Source of the DNA: Trichlorobacter lovleyi SZ
GTDB taxonomy: Bacteria > Desulfobacterota > Desulfuromonadia > Geobacterales > Pseudopelobacteraceae
Direction of reading: 5' to 3'
Assembly (NCBI RefSeq): GCF_000020385.1
Contig: NC_010814.1
Location: forward strand, 3,840,001 to 3,872,000
DNA: 32,000 bases
Within the stretch, counting starts at the first letter, position 1. Every line of letters starts with the position of its first letter. The notes under the pieces are model-generated. The model had not been told where the DNA came from, did not search any database, and saw nothing but the letters and a program-made list of their open reading frames with translations. Positions 18,215-25,161 of the stretch are shown piece after piece. A program made the position numbers and the translations under genes.

Positions 18215-18289
18215 CCGGTTTAATCCGGAGCCACGCAGCAACACACTTTTTTAACAAAGTCCTGAAGCAAATACAATGCCTCATCAAGC

Positions 18290-18323
18290 AGTAAGGCCCC
18301 ATACTGGTGCATGGGGCCTTACT
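18290..18323. other. perfect 13-bp palindromic hairpin without U-tract
   Basis: AGTAAGGCCCCAT - ACTGGTGC - ATGGGGCCTTACT, 29 nt downstream of the lipoprotein gene's stop (18352). Confidence 0.6.
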
Positions 18324-18351
18324 GTATCTGAGCATAATTAGCTGGTATCAG

Positions 18352-19035
18352 TTACTTGGCAGCGGCGGGCGGCACGTTTTGTGGTACCGGTGCAGGTGGC
18401 GGGACCGTAGGCGGAGCCTTTTTCAAGGCCTCAAGCTGGTCTGTCAAGGCTGCTTTTTCAGCAGCAAGCGCAGTCAGCTGCGTCTCCAGCTTCTTCTTCT
18501 CGCCGGTTACCTGTTCCAACTGGGTAGCAAGTTTTTGCTGGTCCGCCTTGACGCTGCCCAGCTCTTTTGTAGCCGCCTCGCACTTCTGCAGATCCTGACG
18601 CAGTTTTTCCTCACTCTGCTTGCGCTCCTCCAGCAGCTTGACCCGCCCCTTTACCACGGCCACCTGCCTGTCAATGGCAGCCGCCTCCTCATCGGCACGC
18701 CCCTTGGCAGCCCGCGAAACGGCAAGAACCATTGTACTATCGACCATCTGCAGATTATGGGCAATCTCCTGCTCCGCCTCGGGCTTCAGCCCCCCCAGCC
18801 CCATCCACTGCCGCCCTTTGTCGTAGCTCTGCTCTGCCTTTTTCAGGGAGGCCCGCGCTTTCTCCAGCTCTGCCAAGGCCTGGGGATAATTGCCTACCTT
18901 GGCAGCAAGCTCTTCAATACCGCTCTTGGCAGCAGTAATCTTTGCCGGGTAGTCAGTCTTGTCAGCCGCACTTCCCAGGGATCCGCAACCGATGACGGTC
19001 ATAATGATCAGCAGCATCAGATGAACACGTGTCAT
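18352..19035 (-). CDS. coiled-coil lipoprotein, function unknown
   Basis: 227 aa from ATG 19035 (GGAGGGAAGTGAT upstream, 1 nt after the preceding stop). Lipobox LLIIMTVIGC, long heptad-rich Ala/Glu/Lys/Gln region, Pro-rich C-terminus. The ORF-track start at 19152 is rejected. Confidence 0.6.
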   Translation of the reverse strand: MTRVHLMLLIIMTVIGCGSLGSAADKTDYPAKITAAKSGIEELAAKVGNYPQALAELEKARASLKKAEQSYDKGRQWMGLGGLKPEAEQEIAHNLQMVDSTMVLAVSRAAKGRADEEAAAIDRQVAVVKGRVKLLEERKQSEEKLRQDLQKCEAATKELGSVKADQQKLATQLEQVTGEKKKLETQLTALAAEKAALTDQLEALKKAPPTVPPPAPVPQNVPPAAAK

Positions 19036-19036
19036 A

Positions 19037-19417
19037 TCACTTCCCTCCTGCCTGCAGCAGCTGATCAAACTGCGCCTCAAGCTTTCTGAGCTCAGCCCTG
19101 TGCAGCACCAGTTGCTCAGCAGCCTCCATCTCAACGGCCCTGGCCTCGGCAATGGTCAATTGTAGATCCACCAGCTCTGTTTTCTGCAGGGCAAGCGCCC
19201 CGTTCTTTGCAGAAATGGCTGCCTTTACCGCACCAAGGGTCTCCTGTGCCGAGGCCAGCTGGCTTTTGGCATAGTCAGCGGCCTTACCCGAACTCACCTT
19301 TGCAATCCGCTCCGTTAATGGTTGCAGCTTGTCCGAGGCATCTTTCAGATCATCAGCACACGCACTGCCTGCCGTAACACCCAGTACGCAGAGTACACCC
19401 AGCATCTGACGTTTCAT
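19037..19417 (-). CDS. DUF4398-like secreted/lipoprotein
   Basis: 126-aa ORF. Signal peptide with GSAC lipobox, then a helical A/E/Q/L-rich domain resembling DUF4398. Confidence 0.55.
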   Translation of the reverse strand: MKRQMLGVLCVLGVTAGSACADDLKDASDKLQPLTERIAKVSSGKAADYAKSQLASAQETLGAVKAAISAKNGALALQKTELVDLQLTIAEARAVEMEAAEQLVLHRAELRKLEAQFDQLLQAGGK

Positions 19418-19529
19418 GCGGTACCCCCTTTGAGATCATCGGCTTGCACTTCACAAGCCCGTGCTACCCTATACACCCGGAACCACGCCGGGTCAAACCG
19501 GCGGGTCTGAATTCTGCCGGGCACCGGAC

Positions 19530-19561
19530 AAAAAAAAGCCCGGCGGCTGTAACCGTCGGGC
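19530..19561 (-). terminator. intrinsic terminator after rpmA
   Basis: On the minus strand, GCCCGACGG - loop - CCGCCGGGC (one mismatch) followed by T8 (19537-19530). Confidence 0.8.
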
Positions 19562-19587
19562 TTTCAAAAGCAGGTGTGGTGCTGATA

Positions 19588-19842
19588 TCAGGAAGGATAA
19601 ACCGAAACCTTCTTGCGATCACGCCCCAAACGCTCAAACTTGACGACCCCTTCAATCAGGGCGAACAGGGTGTAATCCTTGCCGCAACCCACATTGTTAC
19701 CGGGGTGGATCTGGGTACCACGTTGACGATAGATGATGTTACCGGCCTTGACCAGCTCACCACCGAATTTTTTGCAGCCAAGCCGCTGGCCGTCTGAATC
19801 TCGACCGTTCCTGGAACTGCCGACGCCTTTTTTATGTGCCAT
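19588..19842 (-). CDS. rpmA: 50S ribosomal protein L27
   Basis: [29 protein letters not shown]... is the canonical L27 sequence. Confidence 0.97.
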   Translation of the reverse strand: MAHKKGVGSSRNGRDSDGQRLGCKKFGGELVKAGNIIYRQRGTQIHPGNNVGCGKDYTLFALIEGVVKFERLGRDRKKVSVYPS

Positions 19843-19876
19843 GGTTCTCTCTCCTCAGAAAATAAGTCGTAAGCGC

Positions 19877-20185
19877 TTAGGCGCTGATCTTTTCAATCTT
19901 CAGTACCGTGTGGTACTGGCGGTGACCGATCAGCTTACGGCTGTTCTTGCGGCGCTTTGACTTGAAGACCAGAATCTTCTTGTCACGGCCCTGTACAGCA
20001 ACCTTGGCAGTTACTGATGCGCCAGCCACAAGTGGAGCTCCGACCTTAACGGCGTCGCCGCCGATCATCAGCACCTCGCCAAACTCAATCGTGTCGCCCA
20101 CGATGTTGTCCAGCTTCTCAACCTTCAGGAAATCGCCTTCAGCGACTTTGTATTGCTTGCCACCTGTCTTGATCACTGCGTACAT
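19877..20185 (-). CDS. rplU: 50S ribosomal protein L21
   Basis: [14 protein letters not shown]... from ATG 20185 with GAGGTGG upstream. The ORF-track extension to 20251 covers the promoter. Confidence 0.97.
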   Translation of the reverse strand: MYAVIKTGGKQYKVAEGDFLKVEKLDNIVGDTIEFGEVLMIGGDAVKVGAPLVAGASVTAKVAVQGRDKKILVFKSKRRKNSRKLIGHRQYHTVLKIEKISA

Positions 20186-20222
20186 GGTTGGTACCACCTC
20201 TTCGTTTTTTACAGAGTTGTGG

Positions 20223-20251
20223 ACTATAGTTAAAGCGGTCCACGACGTCAA
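20223..20251 (-). promoter_or_regulatory. sigma70 promoter of rplU-rpmA
   Basis: TTGACG (20251-20246), 17-nt spacer, TATAGT (20228-20223). Confidence 0.65.
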
Positions 20252-20295
20252 GCACTTTTTCTGATGGACAAATAAAAAACCGGAATGGCCTGCAA

Positions 20296-20436
20296 CTACG
20301 AGCAGCTACAGCTCTGCTGATCTTTATGGTACGAAAGCCGCACCCCGCACTTCTGGCACCGCCAGAAGAGGCCACCTCAGCCGGGCAGCAGGATCATCTT
20401 GCCGTTACATTCCGGACAGTCTTTTTCATTTTGCAT
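20296..20436 (-). CDS. candidate small selenoprotein: 46-codon zinc-ribbon ORF with in-frame TGA at 20377-20379
   Basis: AAGGAG, 6 nt, ATG (20436). Reads [19 protein letters not shown]-[TGA][29 protein letters not shown]. The CPEC...CQKC ribbon is complete only with read-through. A perfect hairpin CUUCUGGC-GGU-GCCAGAAG (20368-20350) starts 8 nt after the TGA. Confidence 0.45.
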
Positions 20437-20463
20437 CTGCGACTCCTTTTCCAAGTATAAAAG

Positions 20464-21120
20464 CTATGCAACCGTCACGCAAACACTGCCCACTCCGGCA
20501 ATACCGGCTTCCATCCGGTCTCCGGCCTGTACCCGGCCAACCCCGGCCGGTGTACCGGTCAGGATCACGTCCCCTTCTTCCAGAGTAAAAATACTGGACA
20601 GATAGCTGATGATCCTGGCCACGCTGTTGATCATCAGTCCGGTTGAGCCGTTCTGGCGCTGCTCACCATTCAAGCAAAGACAGATGGTAAGATTCTGGGG
20701 ATCTGTCACCTTGTCTGCCGGTACAAAATCAGATAACGGGCAGGAGGTATCAAAGCCTTTGGCTATCTCCCAGGGCAGCCCCTTTTTCTTCAGGTTGTCC
20801 TGCACGTCACGCAGGGTCATATCGATTGCCACACCGTAGCCGGCCACATGGGCAAGTGCATCTGCCTCGGCGATATCCTTACCTTCTACACCGATCAGCA
20901 CAGCCAGTTCTGCCTCATAGTGGCAGTCACTGCTGTAAGCCGGGATCACCACTGACTCACCGCTGTTGATTATCGCCGTGGCCGGCTTCATGAACACCAC
21001 CGGCGCAGACGGGGCTTCATTGCCCAGCTCTTTGATATGATCCACATAGTTACGACCAATACAGAGGATCTTGCCGACAATAAATTCGTTGTCTGTTGCA
21101 GGAATGGATACGGTTTTCAT
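20464..21120 (-). CDS. fumarylacetoacetate hydrolase (FAH) family protein
   Basis: 218-aa ORF. KILCIGRNYVDHIKE, VVFMKPATA, HYEAELAVLIG and ILTGTPAGVG are typical of the FAH / 2-keto-4-pentenoate hydratase fold. Confidence 0.9.
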   Translation of the reverse strand: MKTVSIPATDNEFIVGKILCIGRNYVDHIKELGNEAPSAPVVFMKPATAIINSGESVVIPAYSSDCHYEAELAVLIGVEGKDIAEADALAHVAGYGVAIDMTLRDVQDNLKKKGLPWEIAKGFDTSCPLSDFVPADKVTDPQNLTICLCLNGEQRQNGSTGLMINSVARIISYLSSIFTLEEGDVILTGTPAGVGRVQAGDRMEAGIAGVGSVCVTVA

Positions 21121-21159
21121 AGTATGATCCTTTGCGTGACTTACATATTTTCTACTACC

Positions 21160-21450
21160 CTACACAAGCACCCATGACCGTTCTACTATCTGTCTAAACT
21201 CAGCGCTGGTTGTCGCCCAATCCACAACATCCACCCGGAACGGCAGGTTTGATTCGGCAAAGGCATCTTTTAAGTCGGCCAATTGGCGAAAGTCCAGCGG
21301 AACATCTCCCATAACCACCAGATCAAGGTCTGAAAATGGTTTGGCTGTACCGTTAACACGGGAACCAAAGACGCGGACGGTGCGTTCGGGGATCTGTAGC
21401 TGGAGGATCTGACGAACCTCGGCCAGTTGATCTGGTGTCAGGTCAAGCAT
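21160..21450 (-). CDS. minimal nucleotidyltransferase (MNT), HEPN/MNT module partner
   Basis: 96-aa ORF with the GSR-x9-12-DLDL nucleotidyltransferase signature (VFGSRVNGTAKPFSDLDLVV). 8-nt overlap with the HEPN gene. Confidence 0.85.
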   Translation of the reverse strand: MLDLTPDQLAEVRQILQLQIPERTVRVFGSRVNGTAKPFSDLDLVVMGDVPLDFRQLADLKDAFAESNLPFRVDVVDWATTSAEFRQIVERSWVLV

Positions 21451-21844
21451 GCCGGGCTTTAAGACGGGTCAGCAGCTCTGCAGCATCCATTGCAAATGAC
21501 GGAAGTACGCCAAAGACCTCACGAGCCTTATCCTGGTCATAGGTATGGGAGGTTATGTTGCGTTTGTCGCGGTAATCAAACCAGCGCTGCGGATCTGCGA
21601 TCAGTCCCCGCTCTGCCCCAACCCGGATCAACTCTTTAAACGGCAGGTGGTCCAGCTCTTCACTGGATGGAAGTTCCTGTTCCAATTGACGTTTCAGCAT
21701 CCTGTAGGCCAACTCATAGGTATATTCAAAACGCTGGATACAGGCATCGCGGATGTCTTCATCATCCGGCACGGTGCGGCTGCGCTCCAGTACCCGCTGC
21801 AGCGAGGCAAGTGCCTTTTCATAAGAACTAAAATCAAGGTGCAT
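21443..21844 (-). CDS. HEPN-domain protein (HI0074-type nucleotidyltransferase substrate-binding protein)
   Basis: 133-aa helical ORF with the R-x4-H-x-Y HEPN motif (RNITSHTY). Confidence 0.85.
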   Translation of the reverse strand: MHLDFSSYEKALASLQRVLERSRTVPDDEDIRDACIQRFEYTYELAYRMLKRQLEQELPSSEELDHLPFKELIRVGAERGLIADPQRWFDYRDKRNITSHTYDQDKAREVFGVLPSFAMDAAELLTRLKARHA

Positions 21845-21856
21845 AGGTTTTCCCTG

Positions 21857-23395
21857 TTAATCCTGCAGCAGGCTTTCTCCGGTCATTTCCTTGGGTTGCG
21901 GCAGATTCAACAGTTTGAGCATAGTGGGGGCGATGTCGGCCAGCTTGCCCCCCTCTTTTAATACCGTACCCTTGCGGCTGTCATCCACCAGGATAAGCCA
22001 GACCGGATTACAGGTGTGGGCCGTGTACGGTTCACCGTTTTCATCCGCCATCTGCTCGGCATTGCCATGATCAGCGGTAATCAGCACGGTGCCACCCAGT
22101 TGACGGACCTTTTCCACCACCTTGCCCGCACAACTGTCCACCGCCTCTACGGCTTGGATGGCTGCCGGCAGAATACCGGTGTGGCCAACCATGTCGCAGT
22201 TGGCAAAATTAAGGATAATCACATCATAGAGATCCTGATCCAGCCGCTTAACCAGCTCATCAGCCACCAGATAAGCACTCATCTCCGGTTTCTGGTCATA
22301 GGTGGCCACTTCTTTGGGGGAAGGGACCAGGACGCGATCCTCATTGCTGAACGGGGCCTCGACACCACCGTTAAAGAAGAAGGTGACGTGGGCATATTTT
22401 TCGGTCTCGGCGATCCGCAACTGCTTCAGACCGGCCTCTGCCAGTACGCCACCCAGCAGGTTGGTCAACTCTTGCTGGACATAGGCGATCGGCAGGCCAA
22501 AGGTGGCATCATACTCGGTCATGCAGACATATCCGGAGAGCTTCGGTACCCGCTGGCGCTGGAAACCATCAAAATCCTTAAAGGTCAGGCTACGGGTGAT
22601 CTCACGGGCACGGTCTGAACGAAAGTTGAAGAAGATGATACCGTCACCGTCATTGACGGTACCGAGCGGTGCCGCATCAGCACAGATCACACAGGGCAGC
22701 ACAAATTCATCATGTACGCCAGCCCCGTAGCTGGACTGGATCGCCTCTGCTGATGAGGCGTGACACTCTCCCTGCCCCAGCACCAGAGCATTGTAGGCCT
22801 TTTCAACCCGTTCCCAGCGGTTGTCCCGGTCCATGGCATAGTAGCGTCCCATCACCGTGGCAACCCTGCCGCAGCCGATCCTGGCCAGCTCGGCCTCAAG
22901 CTCTTCAAGGTAGCCGGCGCCGCTCTGGGGGGGGGTATCACGTCCGTCCAGCAGGCAGTGGATGAATACGTCCGTCAGCCCCTGCTGCCTGGCCAGTTCA
23001 ACCAGGGCATAGAGATGGCTGTTGTGGGAGTGGACGCCACCATCGGACAACAGCCCTGCCAGGTGCAGACGGCCGCCACTGGCCCTGACCTTGGCAATGC
23101 AGTCCAGCAACACCGGATTGGTGAAAAAATCGCCATCCTGAATTGACTTGGTGATGCGGGTAAAATCCTGATAGACGATCCGGCCGGCGCCCAGGTTAAG
23201 GTGCCCTACTTCGGAGTTGCCCATCTGGCCTTCCGGCAATCCCACTGCCATACCGGATGTCTTGATCTGCACATGGGGGAACTCTTGCAGGTAGCCGGCC
23301 AGATTGGGGGCCTTGGCCAGGGCAACAGCATTGCTGTCAGGACAGGGATTAATGCCCCAGCCATCCAGGATCATCAGCATCAGAGGTTTTTTCAT
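21857..23395 (-). CDS. gpmI: 2,3-bisphosphoglycerate-independent phosphoglycerate mutase
   Basis: 512-aa [42 protein letters not shown] and TADHGN motifs. Confidence 0.97.
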   Translation of the reverse strand: MKKPLMLMILDGWGINPCPDSNAVALAKAPNLAGYLQEFPHVQIKTSGMAVGLPEGQMGNSEVGHLNLGAGRIVYQDFTRITKSIQDGDFFTNPVLLDCIAKVRASGGRLHLAGLLSDGGVHSHNSHLYALVELARQQGLTDVFIHCLLDGRDTPPQSGAGYLEELEAELARIGCGRVATVMGRYYAMDRDNRWERVEKAYNALVLGQGECHASSAEAIQSSYGAGVHDEFVLPCVICADAAPLGTVNDGDGIIFFNFRSDRAREITRSLTFKDFDGFQRQRVPKLSGYVCMTEYDATFGLPIAYVQQELTNLLGGVLAEAGLKQLRIAETEKYAHVTFFFNGGVEAPFSNEDRVLVPSPKEVATYDQKPEMSAYLVADELVKRLDQDLYDVIILNFANCDMVGHTGILPAAIQAVEAVDSCAGKVVEKVRQLGGTVLITADHGNAEQMADENGEPYTAHTCNPVWLILVDDSRKGTVLKEGGKLADIAPTMLKLLNLPQPKEMTGESLLQD

Positions 23396-23410
23396 CCGCT
23401 CAACTCCTTC

Positions 23411-24625
23411 TTAAAAACGAGGGCCCATGGGTGAACCACTGCTGCCAGCGGCCTTTTTCTTTGAATTATCACTCTGTTCAATTACCACCTGATCACCTTC
23501 CTTCAGGCTGCCCTCAACAAGCTCGACAAAGCTGGAATCACCAAGGCCGGTGGTAACCGTTACCGCTACCGGCTGGCCATCCTTCAACAGATAGACCTTC
23601 TGCTGTGCTCCACCAGGCTTCCCTTTGCCGCTCCCTGCCGGTCTTTGGCCCGTTTTGGCCGCCTTCTTATCCGCGTCTGACTTGGGGCGGAAGCGCAGTG
23701 CTGCAGCGGGCAGCTTCAGGACACCGTCACGGCGGCCGGTCTCAATCGAGACATTGGCGGTCATGCCGGGCTTAAGATGCAGGTCTTTGTTATCCACCTG
23801 CACCACCACAATGTAGGTGACCACATTCTGGACGGTAATCGGGGCAGAGCGGACCTGGGTAACCCGCCCCTTGAAGCTGCGGTCAGGGTAGGCGTCAACC
23901 GTAAAGGTAACGGCTTGGTCCAGGCGGGTACGGCTGATATCAGCCTCATCCACGCTGGTTTCAATCTGCATCTTGGTCAGATCCCGGGCAATGGAGAACA
24001 GGGTCGGTGTCTGAAACGAGGCAGCCACGGTCTGGCCCACATCAATACTGCGTGAAATAACAATGCCATCCACCGGAGAACGGATTACCGAGTTTTTCAG
24101 ATTGGTCTCAGCCTGCATCAGGGTGCCGCGGTACTGGGTTACTCCGGCCTCAGCCGATTTGATCCCTGCCAGGGCTGAATCATAGGCAGTCTGGGAGGCA
24201 TCAAAATCGCTCTGGGCCACAATCCCCTGACTGATCAGCTGCCTGTTCCGCTCAAGGGTCCGTTTTGCATCGGCCAGGGTGACCTTTGCCTTCTGCAGGT
24301 TGGCCTGGGCATTCAGAAAATTGCCCCTGGCCTGCTCAACCTGGGCCAGAAAGAGGGCCGGATCAATCTCGGCAATCACCTGTCCCTGTTTCACCCTTGA
24401 ATTGTAGTCAACCAGCAGTTTTTGAATGGTACCGGAGACCTGGGAGCCGACCTGCACCGTGGTGACCGGATTCACGGTACCGGTGGCTGATATGGTGGCA
24501 ACAACGCTCCCTTTTTCAAGCGGGACCGTCTTGTAGCTAACCTTGGGGGCACGTCCGAAAAAGAACCAGACTCCAGCAGCAATGGTAATAATCAATATGG
24601 CGACGATGATGATATATTTTTTCAT
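23411..24625 (-). CDS. MacA/HlyD-type periplasmic adaptor (membrane fusion protein)
   Basis: 404-aa ORF. N-terminal TM anchor, lipoyl/barrel segments flanking a coiled-coil hairpin (QARGNFLNAQANLQKAKVTL ...). Followed 16 nt later by gpmI rather than by transporter genes. Confidence 0.88.
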   Translation of the reverse strand: MKKYIIIVAILIITIAAGVWFFFGRAPKVSYKTVPLEKGSVVATISATGTVNPVTTVQVGSQVSGTIQKLLVDYNSRVKQGQVIAEIDPALFLAQVEQARGNFLNAQANLQKAKVTLADAKRTLERNRQLISQGIVAQSDFDASQTAYDSALAGIKSAEAGVTQYRGTLMQAETNLKNSVIRSPVDGIVISRSIDVGQTVAASFQTPTLFSIARDLTKMQIETSVDEADISRTRLDQAVTFTVDAYPDRSFKGRVTQVRSAPITVQNVVTYIVVVQVDNKDLHLKPGMTANVSIETGRRDGVLKLPAAALRFRPKSDADKKAAKTGQRPAGSGKGKPGGAQQKVYLLKDGQPVAVTVTTGLGDSSFVELVEGSLKEGDQVVIEQSDNSKKKAAGSSGSPMGPRF

Positions 24626-24644
24626 GATTCAGCAGATTACGCAC

Positions 24645-24673
24645 AAAAAAACCCCGTGTCAACCGACACGGGG
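24645..24673 (-). terminator. strong intrinsic terminator inside the leader of the MacA-like gene
   Basis: CCCCGUGUC-GGUU-GACACGGGG followed by U7, ending 19 nt before ATG 24625. Confidence 0.8.
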
Positions 24674-24809
24674 TTCGTTGTTGTCTGCCCGCCGACAGGT
24701 TATCGGCAGGCTAGCTTCGGCACCCTTCCTTGCAGTGGGATACCGGACGGATTCTAAAGTGTGCAGTCCACATGACAGGATTCTCCTTTCGGGCGGAGTT
24801 AACTGATGT
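24645..24809 (-). ncRNA. about 165-nt structured leader, candidate riboswitch/attenuator or stand-alone sRNA (class unassigned)
   Basis: Bounded by a near-consensus promoter and the terminator. Contains CUCC..GGAG, UGUG..CACA and GCCUGCC-11 nt-GGCGGGC hairpins and a duplicated AGAAUCC(U)GUC motif. No plausible ORF. Confidence 0.4.
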
Positions 24810-24815
24810 ACAAAA

Positions 24816-24844
24816 ATAATAATAACCGCTACTGCAAAAGTCAA
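24816..24844 (-). promoter_or_regulatory. sigma70 promoter of the leader / MacA-like transcription unit
   Basis: TTGACT (24844-24839), 17-nt spacer, TATTAT (24821-24816). Confidence 0.6.
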
Positions 24845-24879
24845 TCACCCAGACAGAATTTAATTTAATTGGGTGATTG
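24842..24879 (-). terminator. hairpin immediately 3' of the tRNA-like gene (weak terminator or processing signal)
   Basis: CAAUCACCC - 20-nt AU-rich loop - GGGUGAUUG followed by ACUUUUG. The 5' arm starts inside the CCA end. Confidence 0.35.
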
Positions 24880-24979
24880 GCAGGGGTAGCAGGATTCGAA
24901 CCTGTACACTTGACGATTAAAATCGCCCGCTCCGGCAATCTGGTGTTACCAGTCCATCGGCCCTTTAGCCGCTACCCAC
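24878..24979 (-). tRNA. non-canonical tRNA-like gene (Sec-like / allo-tRNA-like, or decayed pseudo-tRNA); anticodon not assignable
   Basis: 3' end ACAGG-UUCGAAU-CCUGC-UACCCCU-G-CCA has a perfect T-loop, G73 and encoded CCA. The 5' strand GUGGGUAGC pairs with it to give 12 stacked bp, readable as 8/4 or 9/3. D-arm CGGCU-AAAG-GGCCG has a 4-nt loop. About 50 nt between the D-arm and T-arm fold into two hairpins but not into a standard anticodon arm. Confidence 0.4.
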
Positions 24980-25099
24980 GAAATGCCTGCACATATTTAA
25001 TTCATTCATTTTATCAATTTTATGCGCTGTGTCTGAGCCAGATGCCGAATCGCCTGCTCACCGGCAACCCCTTCAGTTCTATCCTCGTACGGCTTTTGC

Positions 25100-25128
25100 T
25101 TGAAACAGACCGTGGCCGACGTTATAAC
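25100..25128 (+). promoter_or_regulatory. putative promoter of mtnA-glnE-proA
   Basis: TTGAAA (25100-25105), 17-nt spacer, TATAAC (25123-25128). GAGG lies 7 nt before ATG 25162. Confidence 0.5.
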
Positions 25129-25161
25129 TGTTCCGAACGACAAACAAAACGAGGTGCCCTG

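Noticed and set aside
20139-20375. 78-aa minus-strand ORF spanning the rplU promoter region.
   Set aside because: It runs through the -35/-10 elements and into rplU in a different frame. It has no SD and an Arg/Ser-rich composition. The zinc-ribbon frame with its strong SD explains the region better.
24690-24790. Assigning the leader to a known RNA class (TPP, glycine, SRP/4.5S RNA, GEMM c-di-GMP, Moco).
   Set aside because: Each showed only short, isolated similarities (for example GGGUGCC, CCGAAG, AACCUG) and lacked its invariant core (CUGAGA for TPP, GGAAGCAGCC for SRP, GCAAAGC for GEMM). Only a weak cobalamin-like resemblance is retained, as a note in the findings.
24645-24979. Two-piece (permuted) tmRNA: a tRNA-like piece ending in CCA, followed by a structured RNA containing GCAGACAACAACGAA (A-D-N-N-E), which resembles the start of a tag peptide.
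   Set aside because: The putative tag frame runs into the terminator hairpin and ends RVG rather than in a hydrophobic ...AA tail. No GGGG-type 5' acceptor strand or pseudoknot series is visible downstream. A separate strong promoter sits between the two pieces.
24877-25161. N-terminal extension of the mtnA ORF ([12 protein letters not shown]...).
   Set aside because: It is antisense to the tRNA-like gene and crosses the promoter region. The conserved MtnA sequence begins at ATG 25162, which has a GAGG SD.
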